A stretch of 45,462 nt of DNA, counting the filler, from Catajapyx aquilonaris (Eukaryota): assembly GCA_000934665.2 (NCBI GenBank). It is 2 parts of 2 records of this genome, joined end to end, with 100 filler letters (N's around TTAATTAATTAA, not from the genome) between each part and the next. Parts side by side here need not be neighbours in the genome. Positions count along the whole stretch, not along the records: positions 1 to 23,115 come from JYFJ02005890.1; 1 more part is not named here. One strand, given 5' to 3'. Positions within the stretch are counted from its first letter, which is position 1, and each line of letters begins with the position of its first letter. The translations under genes and the position numbers were made by a program. Below the pieces are notes generated by a model that had not been told where the DNA came from, made no database searches, and saw only the letters and a program-made list of their open reading frames with translations. This document shows, in pieces, positions 1 through 12,400 of this stretch.

Positions 1-1087
1 GGGGGGGGTCTCGGGTTGCGGATCTGGCGGGGCCTTTTGATTACAAGAAGCCGGACAACAGATTCTCCCAAACTGTTATGTACACTTTTGCTAAGCCAAT
101 CTCAACTAACACTCTCTGGGTCTGATGATGGAAGCGTCAAGAGTTGGATGCTTTAAACAGGGGTGTGTGTCTTTCAGGAGATGAATTTGAGTCATTTTTT
201 TGGATTTAATGTAGAGTAATTAATTACACCTTTTAAGCTACTACCACTAACCTTAATTAGTCTGCAAAATATTCTAATGCTTATTACATGCAATCTCAAT
301 GTGCAATGCAAAAATTCTTCGTCCATAAAAAAGACTAATGCCGATAATGGAAATAGAAAGGCTCCTTTGTCAACAGACGTGGAGTGTTTGAGGTTGACGT
401 TATTACAACCAATCGGATCGGCGCTGCTTTTGACTGCAATCCCCTCGTGTTGACTAGTCCTCTCACTTCGAGTGACAGGTCAAGTTCACTAAACACGGCA
501 TTAGTGGACATCCGATATTGCCAGGAGGGTCCTTTTTGAATGCGAATGACAAGATTTTGTCATCACTGGCCTGTTTTGTAAGTGACAGGCAAAGCTTTTA
601 TAGTTTTATGCTATAGCAATGCTGAGCAATCCATAGTCAACAGTTTGTCCGATGTCTGTTACGGTAACGTAAAAGGTACTGTTTGCTGTTAGAACATATT
701 GTGTCAAAAATCAAACTGTTTTTACTAAATAACAGCAGTTATCCTCATAACACAGGATCATTATGACAAGAGAAACTTTACGAAAATGCCATAAATGTTG
801 TTTTACTATTATTGTAGCCTACTGTATGAATATTATTTCAAGCTGTTCACAGTGACTACAAATTCAGTGTTTTGCAACAATTATTTTGATAATGCCACCC
901 ATGCACCTGTGATATTTACATGGAAATAATATTTTTGATATGTTGCAAATAATAATAATAATAATAACAATAACAACAACAACAACAACAACAACATCAC
1001 GACATTTCCCTATGAGGGGTAGTCAGCGATGAAGGGAGACGCAAGCTAACCCAACATATGAACTAATAAAACTCATGAGAATAAACC

Positions 1088-1142
<55 letters not shown>
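1088..1142. repeat. (TAA)n microsatellite; compound (AAT)n/(AAC)n tracts also at ~948-996 and ~16519-16575
   Basis: Direct inspection. Confidence 0.95.
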
Positions 1143-4100
1143 CGAGCTTGTGAAAATTCTACAATTCTATTCCCTACTTGCCCTACTAAAATCCAATCTG
1201 CATATCCCACCAAAAAACGCCCCACAATTCTAGCACCATCTACTATAAGCCTACTACTAGCACTATTCCAGTTCCGTCCATGCAAAAATACCCGCCTCAG
1301 CAAGTGACGACCCCCGGATAAGAAAAAAAAGACACGACGATGCAAGCAGATAAGACCAGCAAGGCTCATTAGTTCAGATGGGTATCTATCCCGGAGTTGT
1401 AAGGAGGCGCATAAAAGATGGCGGTGTAGTAAGCCGTCGGAGAGAGTGCCGTTGCCGAGAATGCAGGCTCTCTGGCGCCTAGAACTGAAGGTACCGCTGG
1501 GGACGGGGAAGGGGCACCAATGGCCGGGGAGGAGCCCAAGAGGGGGTCTTTATGGCCGATTAGGGAGCGCGCCCACTGCTTCCAAGAACTCCATCTAATC
1601 AAAATGTCTTAGCACCGTTCTAGACTGCCCCCGATTCATACACACAACCGGTGTATTGTCTCGTTCATGTTATGAAGTGCAGACCCCTCTCTTCAGAAGG
1701 AACAGATCATGATGCTCCACACTTGAAACTGTGCAGTGGACTTTCTCAAAATTCCAAGAGTGCTGCAAACGTTGCTGGCGATGGCTAGTATAAGCTGTGT
1801 GTGGGTGGGTTTTGGGGAGAGATGGTGCATGCAGAAACCGNCGCCCCCCCCCCCCCCTCTCCCCGTGTGCTTCCAGTACAGCAAGAAGAGAGCGCCTGGA
1901 GCCGTATCCTGCGGTCTCCTTGATAGGCCCTAAGTCCGGAATTACAACCCATATGCTGGGAGCGGTCCCTCTCTGCCGGAATTAAGCAGAGGGCGGTGGG
2001 TGGGGGGAGGATGGAGAATTCCAGGCGACCCCAAAAGGAAATCCCGTCCCGCCCAGCACAAGCAGCCAGATAGTCAGCCATCCGGATAGGAAGTGGGTGG
2101 GTGGGTGGGTGGGCACACCTCTCCCTGGCTCCCTGGGCAGCAACCCGGAGGGGTAATCAAGAGAGGCATTTGGACGCGTGACTGGGGTTACAGGGCGCCC
2201 AGGATGAACTCAAGTAATCCGATTTAAGTCGGACCGCTGTCCTGGCCGTAATAAGGCGACGATAGAGGCGCTAATCCCCAGCGCCGCGCTGCCGCAGAAA
2301 TGCCAATACAGCGAATGAGCAATAACAATAACGAAAACGAGGGAGGTAATTCTTCCCCCCCTCCCTTTCCTTCCCCCTCCGAAAACTACCCTTGCTCTAC
2401 CCACCCACACTCCAACCCTCTGGACTGGCTCCAAACGACCACGGCAAGGACGTAGCCTTAAGAACCCTCCCCAACCTTTCATCCCTATGCGCCGCTTTTC
2501 CTCCGCCGACACTGCCATTTACGTTTCCTGTTTTCCAGCCGCAGAAAACCTTTTCCTTCGACGCGGATTCACATTTTTTGAAGCTTATTCTCAAATTCGA
2601 CCAGCACATGCTGGAATACATGGTAGAAAACGGGCGTCTTCCTGGTGCCTCTTTTCACTTGGGAGGCTCAGAATGTGGAGCGCCACTTGTTGTATCCAGA
2701 ATGCACAGCCTTGGGCAGGTTTTCCATATGCAAAAATTCACGAAATTTCATTGAGACAAACCGACGTGACGTGACTGGGACACTTGTTATCACGTCACAA
2801 AGTAGCATTAATGTTGAAGAAATTAGCGATTAGTCACTCTATAACAATGGATGTCGTACTTTTGACCGGAAAGTTCTGGGCGTGAAATGAGTTATGGCAG
2901 ATTTAAAAAAAAAAATGGGAATGGAAAGGAATTACGCAATGCTAGAAGAAGCGAAGGGCATGATAACGTCACGGTGAGTTACAATGGGGAGAGAAGCGTC
3001 GCCACAAATAGAGTTACGTAATCTACAGTCCAACAGGCACCGGCCCTTTAGAAAAACTCAAAAGGATTTGAAAGCAGATCAACCTTCGATTCTATATCGT
3101 ATTGCCAAGGACATGTCTACCCACATGATTGCACGTGCCGACTGTTGCCATAGTACCGTCGGCTGGTTAAGAAAAGAAATGTGACCCTTGGCAGTCACCT
3201 TGACTTTCCAGACTTCCAATCTGTTGAGATGTTTATTTAGGTAGGAAGGTGGTTGGGGGTTGTCCAGGAGGTAGCGCGGTGCTTTGACTTGTAAGGGCTG
3301 CATTTGCCTAGATAACGTCCGACTGTGGCGCGCCTGATCGCGCTTTAGTTTCCGGAACGACATTTAAGGTCTTACCCACGCTGTTTAAGAGGTGATTCGG
3401 CCTAAGACGCCAAGTAAATGTGCCTTTCCGGATGCCAGGATATGCTTAAAAGGCGACCAACAAACCTTTAACTGGTGTTTAAACAGCCATTCATCAGGTC
3501 GTCAATCACGTATAAGTTTGGCGGGAAGCCACTAATAGTAATCGCTTCTCCACCTCCGTCGCCTCTTCTACGCACGTGCGCCCTCTGCACTTATTCTGAA
3601 CACCTAACGATCCCAATTTGAAGCGTATTATTGATATTGAGAGTTTGGACACGAAGGCTTCATTATTGAATTTATTGGTTAGTGGGAGCGGTCAGATAAG
3701 GATTTACCCGTATTAGCAGTATGTCAACAATAGCTATGTGATCAGCAGGAAGGTACAATCTGTCTCTCTTGGAGCAACCCTTCACACACGCACCTGCTCA
3801 CCGTAGGGCCTGTGTGAAGGGTTGCTTCAAGACCAGGATAAAGTGGCCAAAACATATTGAGACAGATTGTACTTAGTAGACAAAATATTTTTTATACAGT
3901 ACAAAAAATTGATGTCTTAAAAATGATGTCGACCAGCACCATCATATGTAAAGAAACTTTTCTATTTATTCGAGTTGTCAGAGGACCTTTTGTTGTCCCG
4001 AGGCTACCTTTTTGCTTGGGCCGATACCTATATTTTGTGTATAGCTTTGTTGAAGCCTCCCACCTACCGGGTTGAAAAAAGCAATACCCAACCGTATCAC

Positions 4101-5173
4101 TCTTCGATGCCAGTAGACTATAGTAGTGTATAGCTAGGATGTTATGCCCAGGGAAAATACAAAATATCGGACAAAGTTGGGGTGTATGAAGCCCCACCCA
4201 CTGCCATTTGCAGACCAGGCTTTGGAAGGGGGAGGTAGGGTAAAACTTATTTTCCCTTTCCTGACATGGTTGATTTTTTTTATAGCAACCAATAGTAATT
4301 GTCCTTGAAACACAGGTTCCGGCCAGTGAGGCAAGCTAGCTTTTGAAATGCGGCTGCGGCTGGTAGAGAGAGAGAGAGAGCGGGCTTCAACTCAAACACA
4401 AGAGAGAGTTTTTGGAGTAAGCCCGGGCCCAGCTAGCTAGCTAGCCCCCCTCTGACTGCTACTGGTCGGCTGAATACTCTAAAAAATGCATCTGCGGAAA
4501 AAGGAAGGCGGGAGGTTGGCAGGCGCCCCACAGAGTGCGTGGCCTCGACTTTATTCCCAATCCCTCATCACTTTGGATGGACCCGCGGACTTTCCCAGAG
4601 CTCGTCCCATTTCCATAACCTCTTCGCCGACGCCGCCCGACGCCTTTCTCTCCGCGCTTTTCCTTCCAGACTATACTGCAGTTTATCTCTCCGGGAGTCC
4701 GGCCAAGGTTGTAAACAGACACATAGAACCCATGTTCAGCTGGCCATGCTTGGAGGCAAGGGGAGGGGGGAGAGAGAGAAGGAGGATGGAACCCATCCCT
4801 GGCAGATCCGGTGGTTCGGCTGCAGCTATACAGATTCACATCTTGGAGCACACTATGCTTCGTTAATAATTGGAGGGGTGAATTATTGCTATAAATATAT
4901 ATCTAAGCTTGGAGCGGCTTTTGAGAAAATAGTGAAGGGTCCGTAAATCTGAAAAGGCAACGTTTGATCAACCTGATTTTATGGCGGTGACAAATTATAA
5001 ACTAATTTTTGCAAAAGAATTGTGTTGTAAGATTAGAAAAGCATGCAAATGCACTATAATGAATATTTTAAATATGAAATGGTACCTTTCTTTTTTACAA
5101 AATTGCTTGCCATCGTCTGTCTGCGAAATTGGCAAATTTCCTTGTTTTTGACACTGTCGCAGAACTTGTATTT

Positions 5174-5516
5174 TTTTTTTAAATTTTTACCCCGTGATAC
5201 AACACTTTGGTCGTTATAGGGGGGTGGCAAACCACCATACAGTTTTCTAATTACTTTTTCTTCGGACACCGGTGCGAGGATTACTAGGAAATGGGGTAAG
5301 GGTAGGGGATTTGGGGAGGGGACACATGTGCAGGTGCATTGTCCAGCGGTGGGCCAGGTGCAGTCCCCCAGGAGGTCAGGTTGCCAAGACGCCTTCTTAG
5401 GCGCGGGTCACGACCCAATGACGCAAGCGAAAGGTTTACTCCCGGGTGGGGATTTGAACCCGGGACCTTTCGCATAGCAAGCCGAGACGTTACCATCTCG
5501 GCCACCGTGCCTCCCC
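5174..5516 (-). mobile_element. tRNA-derived SINE, full length
   Basis: Minus-strand Pol III A-box TGGCCGAGATGG and B-box GGTTCAAATCC; A-rich tail; 16-bp target-site duplication cgcagaacttgtattt (5158-5173 and 5517-5532). Confidence 0.9.
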
Positions 5517-8500
5517 CGCAGAACTTGTATTTCCACTGTATAAGAGCTGTACCTTACGATATTTTGTTGTATGATACATTCAGGTTAAATTACTTGTTTT
5601 ACCTCTATATTAGTTAGCTTAAATGACTGAGGAAAGTGACCATATACCGTCAGTTCTTGTCTGCCATTTTCCCCATTTTTGTAATTGTATAGTTTACTAC
5701 AACAATGGGCTAACACAAATTTTGAAACACGGAGAGAATGAACTCTACAGTAAAAATTATGGAAAGAATACATTTTTGCCTATTGCTATACAAAAACTCC
5801 CTGATATTTAGCCACATGTCCTAAGAGTTCATTACAAGTTGAAGACGACCAATGTCTTCAATATAGGCCTTCTCGTATTCTTGCACATCAATACAGTATA
5901 TTATTAAGGGAATAATTTATGGCTTTCAACTACAGAGCCGATGCCAAATTGGACCGAATGTGGTACAGAGGTAGCTCCACCCTTCTTTTAGAGATCGTTC
6001 AATGTGCATCTCCGTGCCCGCAACCCTTTCCGCGCAGAGGGCACACCCCCCGTGAGACGCCCCATGCAAAACCGCCAATTCAGACTGACCAGCTCAATTT
6101 CATGACCTTTGACCACTCACACTCCCTGGAAATCATATAGGCCTCTAATCACACAGCGAACAATAAAAAATGAAGAATGGCCCAGCCTGATGACCTTATT
6201 ATGCCAGGCAGGTCATCCTCACCCAATTTCGTCGCCCTGATCCTGATCATTAAGACGCGTCACATGGACAGAAAAAAACCTGTCCAGAAACCACGTTACG
6301 TAATTTGTGTACCACCTCCCCCACTCGTCGCCAGCCATGCCTACAGGAGCTATTTGTCGCCAAACAGTTGAGTTCCGTTTCTCTAAAGCCCATTAATTCC
6401 TGCTGGCTCCAATTTCCGCAAGCTGGGCACAAATATCTGGGGCGGCGATTATGTGCGCCTTGATTGGAGCAGGAAAAGGGAGAGGAAGAGGAGGATGGGG
6501 GTGATGAGGGGGCAAGCGGTGGGCAGTGCGAGGCAGCCATCGTCGGTAATGACGAAAGGAAAAGAAGAGCGACGGCCGGAGACAAGGGCTTCGGAAAGGG
6601 AAGCCACGTCGTCGATTGGAGAGCCATATGTTCCGCACACAGCCCAGCAGGAGCGAGTAAGAGAGAGAGAGCGAGAGAGCTAGAGAAAACGAGAGAGAGT
6701 GAGAGAGAGAGCACGAAAAGGCTGCGGAATGGATCCCAAGATGCCTGCAAACTTTTCTTGCAAGCTTGGGTCATTAAGGCGGAGAGGAGCCGGCGACTAA
6801 TGAGTCAGTCGGGCTGCGTCCCAAATGGAACCGGATTTTCAGGCTCCGTCCAATCGCTTCCATGGATGTCCACCCCCACCCCCTCAGGCACCAACGACTC
6901 TTGCTACGCCATTTATGGCCAACAAGGGCCGTTCACATGAGCCAGGTACCATACAACCCAAAGTGAACAGTTCAAGCTATGGAATGTTTGGCAATTGAAC
7001 CTGATCGCTACTACCAACAATGGTCGTTCAATTTATCAGAAAAAAATTGAGCTTGAAGAGATGTCGTCGCTGTACAAACAAAATAATCGAAATTTTGATT
7101 GCACTGTACCTGTTTCAGCAATTACGCTACCCTCACTTGCACTCCCTATTGGCCTCCCTATTGGCAGTTGCAGTGTTTATTAGAAGTTAGAGCGATTGGA
7201 GAATGCTGCAGCATCTTGGGTTGACTGAATCACCTTGTGTAATGGTAAGACCTTTCCGCGAAAAGGAAGCGGAAGAAGCTTCCCTTTTCCGAGTGTGATT
7301 CCTTGCTGAGAGGCACGGTTAGAGGAGCAACGTGATTATATAATAATTAGAAGGGATGAGGAATAAAAGTGGGAGGAAAGAAGTAGTTTGGGCCGTTTCC
7401 TCACCCCCCTCCACCTCCTTTTCCTCCTCCTCTCTGCAGCCGCCCAGCTGCGAGCAGGATGAAGTACCAGTCAAATAATTGGAGATTTCGTCCCTTTTCA
7501 TTAATTTGTGTAATGAGGGGAAGCGACCAAATTGGAGAGGTTTCGCACTTGGCCCCACCCAAGCGGCGCCTGGTGTCAGCTTCCCAACGGCCCTCGCATT
7601 AAAGAATGGCTTCCTTGGAGAAATCGCCCAGAAATAAGGCGTAGGGGAGGGAGGGAGGGGGAGAGGAAGGAAAGAAAAGGAGAAAGGAAGGAAGGAGAGG
7701 GCACCGACCACCCTCTTCTTGGCACTCACTACATACATCGGTCGGGATATAATAATTCATGGCATCCTTCAAATAATTCATTGGAAATGGTATACCACTC
7801 TTTGAATGAGGGGTGTTTAGTACCAGCTATTGCCTTTGAAGTTACTGTACATGTCTACTGTAGTTATAGGTCCTCATAATATTATGTGAAATTATTCCAG
7901 TCCAGTCAGTTTCTCTCAAGGAGGATTTTTCTACAGTGTTAGCAACAAAGTAAAACATCGATTTCTGCACATTCAGATTTCGAAAAATGTTTTGTTGTCC
8001 CAGTAACTCAGACCTCACAGCGGATGATAAAACTATGGTGGCAACAGTTTCAGCAAAAAGCGATACCAGCATGTAGGACTCAGTAGTATCTCGTTGGTAA
8101 TGTTCAGCTCATTTTGTGCACTTGGAAATCATGATGGTATTCTTTGTCACTTATGCAATGAATTTCAATTAATTTATTGAGTTACAAGTCCGACTGTATG
8201 CACTAATCTTATAGTCACAAACATTTGCTCGTGTTGTAGAGCAGTTTGTTGTTCTCCAGCAGTTTTTTTTACTGAAAAAGCACGAAATTATGACTACATT
8301 CAGTGATACAGAATAGTGTCCTCTTGAATAGTGCGTGAGAGGTCTAGTTAGGAGAGGCACTCTTTGCCCGTGATCATAAAACAATACAAACCTTTATTAG
8401 CATTTTTACAAGCATTTACCTTCCGTGTACAGGAATTATTCCAATGACTTCAGCAGCGCTATTTTGGCTTAGTAATTGACTGATTTTAAAATGTTATTAG

Positions 8501-9340
8501 TAATATTTTGGCATATGAATTCCTTGATTGAGCTTGAGTGAGCTGTGTTTCTTTACAAATCAATAACACGAAAATAAAGACGTCTCAAGTACAGCAGTCA
8601 CAGAGATTGATCCGTTCAAAGTCATTAAGGAGGAATAATTATCCAATAATGTTGAAGAGCAGCTTGCAATATACTGAATAAAATATATAGTAACTGTTAA
8701 AAACACAAAAGTAACACCCTGTAAGCAATTACATCGCGTCAAGCGATATTTTAGTGATAATGGAGTAATGTCTCGACATTAGTCTAGCCTTGAGTCTAGC
8801 CTACTTATTGCTACTTATTATTGCTTTTAAGATAAACCAGCAAAGTGACAGTTTATTTTGAAACCATTTTAAAATATTTAAACTCGAATTCCAATGGGCT
8901 TGGGGTAAGAGCATAAGGCAGATTGCAAGCAGCATGATCCACAGAAGGCGCTTATTGATCAATGATATTCACATTTCACTCTAACCCTCCCCTGGCTGTT
9001 TTAGTCAATAAATAAGTTTTACCTATTTCTCTCACACTGAGAAAAACTGCTTGTGTGAAGTGGGTGCAAAATATCTCAAGGAGTTTTTGGCGTCCCAAAA
9101 GAAATTTTATTACGGAAACCAATTATTTAAGGGCTAATATTTGGTAGTTCGTAAACTGTAGTTAAACGACACTTTTTCATAATGCACAAGCAAAATATTC
9201 AGAGAGTAATCAAATAATGCAGACTATAAATGACACAAGAAGTAGTCTGATACGGACTACTTCATGAAATCATGTAGACCCCGTTGCCTCATCCCAGCTC
9301 TCCGATTTGTCCACAATTTCAGCCCGGTATGACGAACTAT

Positions 9341-9497
9341 GGGGCCATACACATATTACGTTATCATCGAGGGGGGGGGGTGTCTGGAGATGCCGTAGTC
9401 CCTATAATTATGCTGTATGATGAAGAAGTGTGACGAGGGGGGGGGGAGGGGGTTCAAAAATGTCAAAAATGTAATGACGTAATATGTGTACGGCCCC
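9341..9497. mobile_element. MITE (157 bp) with GGGGCC termini
   Basis: TIRs ggggccatacacatattacgt / acgtaatatgtgtacggcccc (20/21). Superfamily not certain. Confidence 0.8.
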
Positions 9498-12400
9498 TAG
9501 ATGGCAATAATAGACGTGTAAAAAACGCATTCACACTAAGTCACAGAATGAATTGTATAAAATAATGAATTGTCGACATTGTATTTAATTTACGTGCCCG
9601 TCTATTACGAATATAACTCAGTAGCGTGCAATTATTGTTATTGGCATTTTAACTAATAACATGTCAAAAAGACATCAACAACTTCAATCAACAACAGGTG
9701 GCAGGGTTTATTAAACCATACAGCGCAACCAACAATGTAGCCTACTTTAAAATGCTTGTAACGCGAGAAATAAAAATCACAATTCCTGTGTTTACTAAAA
9801 TGTCTAAGAAGCCCATGACTGTTATGGTGGGAAGTCATTTCCATCAGGCCTACATCCATAAGTGTAGTAATTTATGTTAAGCCAAAATTTAGTCTCCTTT
9901 TGAAATCAGCTTGCCTTGTTTGTTACATAATTATTACTGCTATGCGGCGCTCAATATTGTTCAATTTGCTAATCGTTGCCAAAGTATTGCTGCCTAAAGA
10001 TTAATATTTCGCATGGAGATAATCCCTCAATTACACAGTTATAAATGGTTTTACCAATCTAACGCGCAAAATAATAAAAGAAACACGATAATCCCAAAAA
10101 CACCAGAATTTTAATGCAGAAATATTTCCAACTGATATTCATTCACAATGTGAGTTTTCTGGCTTACAACACCCTGTCATGATGTCATTGTCAAGCGATA
10201 ACCACACTTTCAGATACTACGCCTATAAGACCTAAATTCAGACCGATCATTCCAAAAAGCAGTACCTCGCTTAGAGAGCTCTAACCCGAACATCCGCCCT
10301 AAAAAGCCATCCCCGACCTGTGTTCCTGGCACCGGGCAACCCACCACCGCACCTGTCCACTCCTCCCGTGTACAGTATGTAGGCCGCGTGTTGCAAACCT
10401 CCGTTGGCTGAGAAACGCTGCGGCATAATTTGACGTGGGCTTGAAATGTGAGGAGGTGGGAATATTGAGGAAGCAGCCGAGGGAGAAGACACTGGGCGCC
10501 CGCTATTTACACGGCCAGAGAACAATAGTCAGATGAACACATAGAGGAGAGGAGGAGGAGGAGGAGAGGCCTCAGGTGGCCGCCACAATTCCTGCTCCTT
10601 TCCCTCCCTTTCCTTCTTCTCCTTCTCTTTCTCCTTTCTCTCTCTCTCTCTCTCTCCCCTTTTCTCTCCCCTTCCCCCTCCCCTTCTCCCTACCCTCTCC
10701 ATCTCTGGCGCTATCTTGGCAACTCGCAAAGGAAGAGCCATTGTTTCCCTCTATCTGCGGCGGCATAGGCGGTTATCTCGGCCATGCGCCCACCGTGGCG
10801 GCCCGGGGCTAATGTGGTATCATGCTCGGTAATTAGTCTACTGAAAGTACAAGATAATGTACTTCACGGGCATAAATCTTCCGCTGCCTCTTGTGAAATG
10901 GCTGTCTCGCGGAGAAACTGCTAATCGCCGTGAAAAATCGAGACCGGCAAGGCCCGCCAGCGGCATCGGCACTTGGATTTGGATGGGATTTCGCCCTCTC
11001 TGTCTCTCTAGCAGCAGCCAAAAGCAAAAGGGATGCTGCTGCAGGGATGCCCAATTTCAACATTGAAATGATCCGTGACGTCAGCGGTTGGGCAACCAAA
11101 TCAGCTAATGAAGGAAGAGGAGGAAATAGTCTCAGGCGACGATAAGGGGAGGCTGTGTTTGTTGCATCAGAAACTGTGTATAGAGGAGAGAGGATACAAT
11201 GGAGAAGAGCCTCTTGTAGATACAAGATCCCATGCGGACTCCCCCAGGATCCCAATTGGATCTTGCAGGCATTAAGGAGGGCTTGTCTTGTATCCGCTTG
11301 ATGTGCCAGCTCAGTTTTGTCAGCCGGAAAAAAATGGGGGAGGGGAGGGCCTAGCCTCACCCTGCACTAATTACCACCTACGCGCTGATATTGATGAAGG
11401 ATGGGTCTTTAGGAGTGAAAACTCTGGAGGATGGGGGATGCGGTGCTGGCATTAATATGAGAGAGTTTGGGGCCAAATTGGAGTGAACAATTGGCGCAAA
11501 TTTCTGATGGATGCAACAACCAAGAGGGTTAATACGTAATGAAAATTTGATATTTAAGTGGAAATAAATACACCGCTCGTAATCAAAGTGACCAATATCA
11601 TCAACTTAAAAATGCCCCAGCTGGCAAACTGGATCTCATTATTAGTTTCGGCTGAAACAAAAACAAACAATAAAGCTGGCATAAAAACGATCAGGCAAGT
11701 CAACATCTCAGCCCCAAAAGCTACGGCTTGAGCTCCCGCGCGTCAAGGCATAATATCAGTCAGTTCCGTAACGTAGTGGCGGGACAAGTTAAGGAAATTG
11801 GGTGAAAGTTCAGTGAAAGACGACGTCCTTTCAGGTCAAAGTCGACAGTCGGAAAGGAACTTAGTTCGAAACAAGGTCCTTGGACGCCCCTGGTAACCCC
11901 CCCTTCCACCAAGCCCTTGATAAATTATAGCCTCCTCCAGTAGACAGCACATTTGTCCCGCCCAGATATTAAAAGAAATTAGAGGCGTTTGTCAGCATAG
12001 TACGGTGATTGTTTATCCCAGCAACCATGAGGGCTACAATTTATTCAGATAAAATTGACAGTGTGTGAACACCTATGTCTCCATACCTTATATGGGTGGA
12101 GCATGTGGCTTATTATTATATCCGGTGTGGGTATATTGGCTTATAGGGTTGCACGTCAAAGTGCAGCGCACACCACTTCCTTCTCCAGCATGCAGCAAGC
12201 AAGCAAGAGGCGGAATCCCCTCAATTACATTTATTTATTCCAAAGGGGCCCCCCCTCCGATGGCGCCCTAATCACACAAAATAAGGCCCGGGGTTCCGGG
12301 TTCGCTTCCCGAGCGTTTCTCACGCGAAGGCATAGGGAGGAAAGGAACAGGATCCATTAGCCGCCTGCCTTTGCCTCTTCCCCCCCCCCCCCCCCCCCGG

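Noticed and set aside
1073..1369. Poly-Leu ORF or LINE 3' end
   Set aside because: The poly-Leu is the (TAA)n microsatellite; no RT motif or TSD was found to support a LINE call.
5440..5516. tRNA genes (also ~18553-18625 and ~25398-25474)
   Set aside because: A/B boxes are present but run into SINE bodies with tails and TSDs; they are SINE heads.
6250..6940. Overlapping 158-174 aa ORFs (similar cases at 4459-4946, 10833-11360, 15515-16039)
   Set aside because: GC/GA-rich low-complexity sequence open in several frames on both strands, with no recognisable domain or consistent exon chain.
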